DNA of 64,000 nucleotides from Elsinoe ampelina (Eukaryota): NCBI GenBank assembly GCA_010093995.1, contig ML992506.1, positions 1,417,617 to 1,481,616 of the forward strand, read 5' to 3'. Shown piece by piece: positions 59,213 to 64,000 of this stretch (position 1 is its first letter; each line of letters starts with the position of its first letter). The notes under the pieces were generated by a model. It saw only the letters and a program-made list of their open reading frames with translations, ran no database searches and was not told where the DNA came from. The position numbers and the translations under genes were made by a program.

Positions 59213-60671
59213 ATGGCGGCTGAAGCAACCGAGCATGTATCGGACATGGACAAGCTCCAGACGATCCAGGCTCGCGTCACAAACTGTCGAAAGGAGGAAA
59301 GGCGTCTCAGCTCGTTGCTGCAGGACAATACAATAGAACTCCGAGATCTGCTCAACGAGAAAGAAGTGTTCAAGACCAAGTCGCCATTAGAGGAACAGCA
59401 CTAATTCAATCCAGACCTTGCTGGAGCGCATGACGAAAACCTGTCGCAAGGAACGAGATGACATCTACGAAGCTCTCCTCGCTCGTTCACGGACAACACC
59501 TACGACGTCGCCCATCCGCGACACAGAAACAGCATTCGAGCAACAGCAGCATCATCAGAAGCGACAGCGCCAGCCGGCGACCCCGCATACATCGCGCGAC
59601 CGTGGATCCGCAACAGGGACGGAGCTACAAGAAGCTCAGCGCTGTCAGATGAGACGTTCGACGTCCCTTGACAGCATGATCGTTGCGGCACCGGAACCAA
59701 CACCTGAGCAACAATACGAAACTCCCATCCCCGATGGTCACACTCAAGCACCGCAGGCGATCATGTATGACGAAGGTATCTCTACCTCCATTGAAACATC
59801 GGCACCACAGACAGAAAGAGGAGTCAGCATCACGCTGCAAACCGCCCCTGTTTCTCGCAATAGCAGCGTGCCCAGTAATAAGCGCAAGCGGAACTCCTCT
59901 CGACCAAATTCGAGCACTCCTCGTAGCAGATGGCCGCCCACTGTCACCACCACGCCTTTGTCCGTCAATGGGGAGGTCCGCCGCTCTCACCGCGTGGCCG
60001 GGATCGAAGTTGTGAAAGACTATAACATCAAACCGAACGCCGCCCTAGACTTTGAAGACGCCCGTCTCTATCCGTTCGCATGGAAAACTTACAAACCCTT
60101 CAAGACTATCCTCATCGACCGCAACGGTGACGGCCACGATCTACATTGCCCTATCTGCTATGGAAACATGACGAAGAACGACGAGCTCCTCTCCGGCATC
60201 GCTAGTATCAAGCGTCACGTCAAACTTGCTCACAAGAACATCTATGAGAGGGAATACAAGACCCAGATCGACGGCGCCAACAACGATCGGCTCGTCGAAA
60301 TTTTCTGCCGCAAGATCATCCCTGCCGCAGATCTCGAAAAGATCAGGGTCCGCGACGACGAAGATGATGAGGAGGAGAGAATGCGCAAGACCGAGTGGGA
60401 CTTTGAGACACAAGTGGTTACTTCCGACGATATTGGGGATTACGAGCGCCGGGATAGTGCAGTGGACGAGGGGAACGGCATCGACGAACATGACGGCCAT
60501 GACGACAGCCAGGCGAAGCGACAGACGCCTTCCACACCGCAGACATTGTCAGGATACTCGCGCAATGGATGGACGACCTTTAACGAAGCAGAAGCCATGG
60601 AGCGTGACGAGGACTTTGGGGCCGATGGTGCGGAGGCCGGAGCTGCGAGGGGTCAGAACGAAGAGCTGTAA
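59213..60671 (+). CDS. Uncharacterised protein with an N-terminal coiled coil and a C2H2-like motif
   Basis: Two ORFs join through a probable intron at 59366-59414. Contains LHCPIC...IKRHVKLAH. Confidence 0.55.
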
Positions 60672-61197
60672 GATGGTGCTTTGACAGAGAACACAGCATC
60701 TGGCGCCATGTCGAAATGCAGCTTCCCATACGAAGCAGCGCATATGAAGCAGCACATACACAGCATATACTACGACCCATACATAAGGTATACTTCTGTC
60801 CAAACGTCACTCCAAGAAAACAAAACAACGGGTGCTCGATAATGAAAAACTTTCTTGATTCTAAGCCCCATTGGCTTCTCCTTGGCTTCCACCTCCCGGT
60901 TGAATGGGGTATCTAGCTTTTACATGCCTGCTTCCCTCCCCTCCCCTGCCTCCCTTACTTCACTCTCCATCCCATCAAAGCAAACGCCATCCACCGATGC
61001 ACTTCCGCCCCTCCCCCAAAATGCCACCACGCCAGAAAGTGCCAGTCAGATAATTTCGTTGAGGATCATTCATCATAGAATAAAGTAGCCCTTGTTGAAG
61101 GTTCTGTTGAAGAGTGTTTTGTTGCATTCAATCACGCTGCGATGCAGTCGCTAGCGTTTCCCTTGCAGTCGTCTCTGTTGTAGAGACACTGCGGGGT

Positions 61198-63185
61198 CTA
61201 GTTCTTGGCTCGGATGCCCAGGCCGACACCATTGGAGCCGTTCGCGCTCTCCGTGGGAGTGGCTTTGCCGTTTGGGCTGCTGTGCCCGTTCACGAGAGCG
61301 CTGTCGCTTCGTTCGTGCTTTTCGCCGTTGGAGTCGGTGGGGAGGACGACGGCGGGTTTGTCGAGGTTGGGGACTTGGAGGCCGTCGAAGAAGGGGAAGA
61401 TGGTGCGTTCGCGGCGGAAGTCGTTGTGGACTGTGGTCTGTTAGGGGAAGAGGAAGCGGAGGGGAGGAAAGGAGGGGACTTACCGATGTTGACGAGGTAC
61501 CATTCTTTCATCATGCCGTCGATGAGGTACCTCGCTGGATCATCATTGTCGTAGCATCTTGACCAGTCGTGGCCGAGACGGTAGAATTCGTCCTTCCATG
61601 CCATGAAGCTGACGGTCTCGACGATGGTGGGCTGCACGATCTCCTTGCCTGGGAACACACCCCAGGTCAATGCATTCGGTCCCATCTCGGAAGTACTATT
61701 CGTCTTGAGATCGCCTTGCTGGTTAACAGCGAAGTAGGTGACGTCCGGGTCGCGCTCGATTCTGGTGATGAGCTCCGAGACAAGCTCTGGGCTGACGAGG
61801 ACTTCGAGGTATGCCTTCTGGTATACGTATCCATTTCGAGGACCCCAGCCGTAGACAGGGTGAGATGATTTGGCACCATCTACTGGAGGCTGTGAATTGA
61901 TAGTAAGGATACCGCGACGGTTGAGATCAGCAAGATCCTTTCTCAGTACATCGGCCTCGCCCGTGATGGGACTCTCGCTCCACGGCAACGACTCGACTTT
62001 ACCTTCGATGTATCGCGCAAAGAGATCACCAATATCTCGAAGCTTCTTGGGCTGACCCCAGAGCTTGCGGTTCTGCTCGTTGGTACCCCTCAGACCGATA
62101 CCGTAAGCGTCAAGCTCTCCATACGCGGGAGATCGACTGTCTCCCCATCTGCCGTTCGGAAATTCATCCCACTCCTGGGTACGGGCAATGTATGATCGAT
62201 TTCGATTGCGCCAGAAGATCGGTCGTACATTCTCCTCGCGACGCTTGAGACCAAGTGACTGCCGCCATGGCAGGGGCTTTTCTACCGGTGACTCTGCGCA
62301 AGGCATGATTCCAAGTTCTTCAAGAACCATGCGTGAAGCTTGTGCCAGATTCATGGTGTAGAAATGGAGATGGTATATGCCGTTGTCGATCAGCTGCCGG
62401 CACAAGTCCGCGATCAAGCCTTTACCCACCTCTCGTACCGCAGCATCGTCATTCTTGACAGGCTCAAGGGCTTTGATCCATGCCTCGGGGATGTGACATT
62501 TGCTCCAATTGGCGCGACGCAAAAAAGCGGCATGGGTGTGAATTGGCATGATACCAGGGATGATTGGAACATTGATACCAGCAGCCCTGCATTTTTTGAC
62601 CCAGTCGATGAAGATGTCGCCGTCGTAGAACATTTGGGTCACTACGAACGTGCCTCCGGCATCAATCTTCTCCTTCAAGTGCTCGACGAGCAATTCCTGG
62701 TCGCGGTGGTCGTCACAGCCCTCGGGGTATCCGGCAACGCCAATGTCGAAGTGATCACCGTAGGTCTCTTTGATGTACTTGACCAGGTCCTTAGCATACC
62801 TGAATCCACCAGATGCAGCTTCCCACTTCTCTTTCTCTCGAGGCGGGTCGCCTCTTAGTGCGAGAATGTTTGTGCAGCCAGCATTGTAAGCATCTCGGAG
62901 TGCTTCGTCAATTTTGGACCTCGGCATGTCGGTGCAGGTCAAATGCATGCATGTCTCCAGGCCGTAGACTGACTGGGCAACTTTGACCATCTCGGTAGTG
63001 AGGTGGGAGAGGTGACCGCCGGCACCCCAGGTGACATCGATAAAGGTTGGGCCGAAGTCGTGCATACGGTCCATGCGGTCGTAGAGGTTCTGGACACCCT
63101 GAGCGGTCTTGGGAGGGAAGAATTCGAAGGAGAAGGTAGGTCGTTGCTCCTCGGCCGACTGGCGGAGCTTGGGTGAGATGTGCAT
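61198..63185 (-). CDS. MET13: Methylenetetrahydrofolate reductase (2 coding exons)
   Basis: FSFEFFPPKT, MHLTCT, ILALRGDPP, VTQMFYD and WDEFPNGRWGDSRSPAYG motifs. After the intron the frame continues YLVNI/VHNDF to the stop at 61198. Confidence 0.93.
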
Positions 63186-64000
63186 GTTGAGTGAGTGACG
63201 TGAAGGGAGGGTTGGGTAGGTCGGTGATGTGCTAGGACTGTCAGTCAGCTGTTTCTCAGACTCGCTTGACCACGCTTGACCATAGCAGCATACCTTTGAC
63301 AATCTCGTGAATGTGCTTGCCGGTCAAGGGCGTCTCTGTCCTCGCTTGGGTGACACAAATCGAATCACCTCTCTGAGTGATGGCGGGGCAAAGAAAACCT
63401 CTTAACCAAAGTATCGCTTGCGGGCCCAACGATCTGCGAGATATCGCTGCATATGGGTACCGATGGAGTAAAGTCCAGGTGAGCAGGAGTGAGATTGAAC
63501 AATCAGAAATGATTGAACACCATGGGAAGGTTTGACAGGACGTTTGGCAAAGAGGCAGGTCCACAGTCGACTGTTCGGCGAATCGAGGCCAGCGTCGAGC
63601 CAAGGGATTTTCTGCCTCTTTGCTCTTCAAGCAGAAACCCCCACGTTTGCCTGTGGAAAATCGTCAGAGGAATCTCACTTCCGGTCCCTCTTTTCCCGTA
63701 GCGGCTCGCGCTAGAATCTCATAGCCGCGCACACGAAGATTCCGATTCGCCACATTCTCTCATTTCCTTCTCAAACTATCCTGATTGGTTCTAGCGCGAT
63801 TTGCAGCTGCCAGACGTCTGGGGTCCCGAAGTGACTTCTTCCACGCTGCTAAGCTGCTTCACATCCGTGTGCCACCGCACAAAACTCCCCTCGACCTGGT
63901 CGGACAATTTACGCAGACCACCCACTCCATTGTGCCGGTCCAGCGCCATGCCTGCCTCGGCACCCGACCGCCGCCGCATCGTGGGCACGTCCCTGAAGAT

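Noticed and set aside
63186..63302. N-terminal extension of the MTHFR ORF
   Set aside because: It begins at a non-ATG codon and contains a likely 5' UTR intron (about 63293-63232). The MHI start at 63185 fits the family.

Overview
Intron-containing fungal genomic DNA from a filamentous ascomycete. The gene content suggests Elsinoe/Sphaceloma (Myriangiales), but this is an inference. The left part (1-30.7 kb) holds housekeeping genes: a secreted amidase, class II DAHP synthase, a HYPK-like protein, a probable mitoribosomal protein, NOG2 (with an snR191/U19 H/ACA snoRNA in its intron), a BRCT protein, FAT1, a QIP-like exonuclease, EFG1, MED15 and RRP8. It is interrupted by a heavily RIP-mutated nested-palindrome transposon remnant at 19.3-21.1 kb. 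From about 31 to 57 kb lies an accessory block. It contains a five-gene gibberellin cluster (cps/ks, ggs2, P450-2, P450-4, P450-1; no des or P450-3 in the window, so GA4/GA9-type products are predicted) whose intergenic regions carry several TIR-bounded MITE-like elements, plus a truncated copy of the P450-1 5' end. Next to it is a very large killer-toxin-like GH18 chitinase ending, after Kex2-like sites, in a candidate HNH-like nuclease domain, divergently paired with a multi-LysM/hevein gene, followed by a pseudokinase and a secreted TAP-like hydrolase. The right end holds an Fe-ADH, a zinc-finger-like ORF and MTHFR. Exon boundaries were inferred by eye from splice signals and reading frame. 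Family calls rest on recalled motifs, not database searches.
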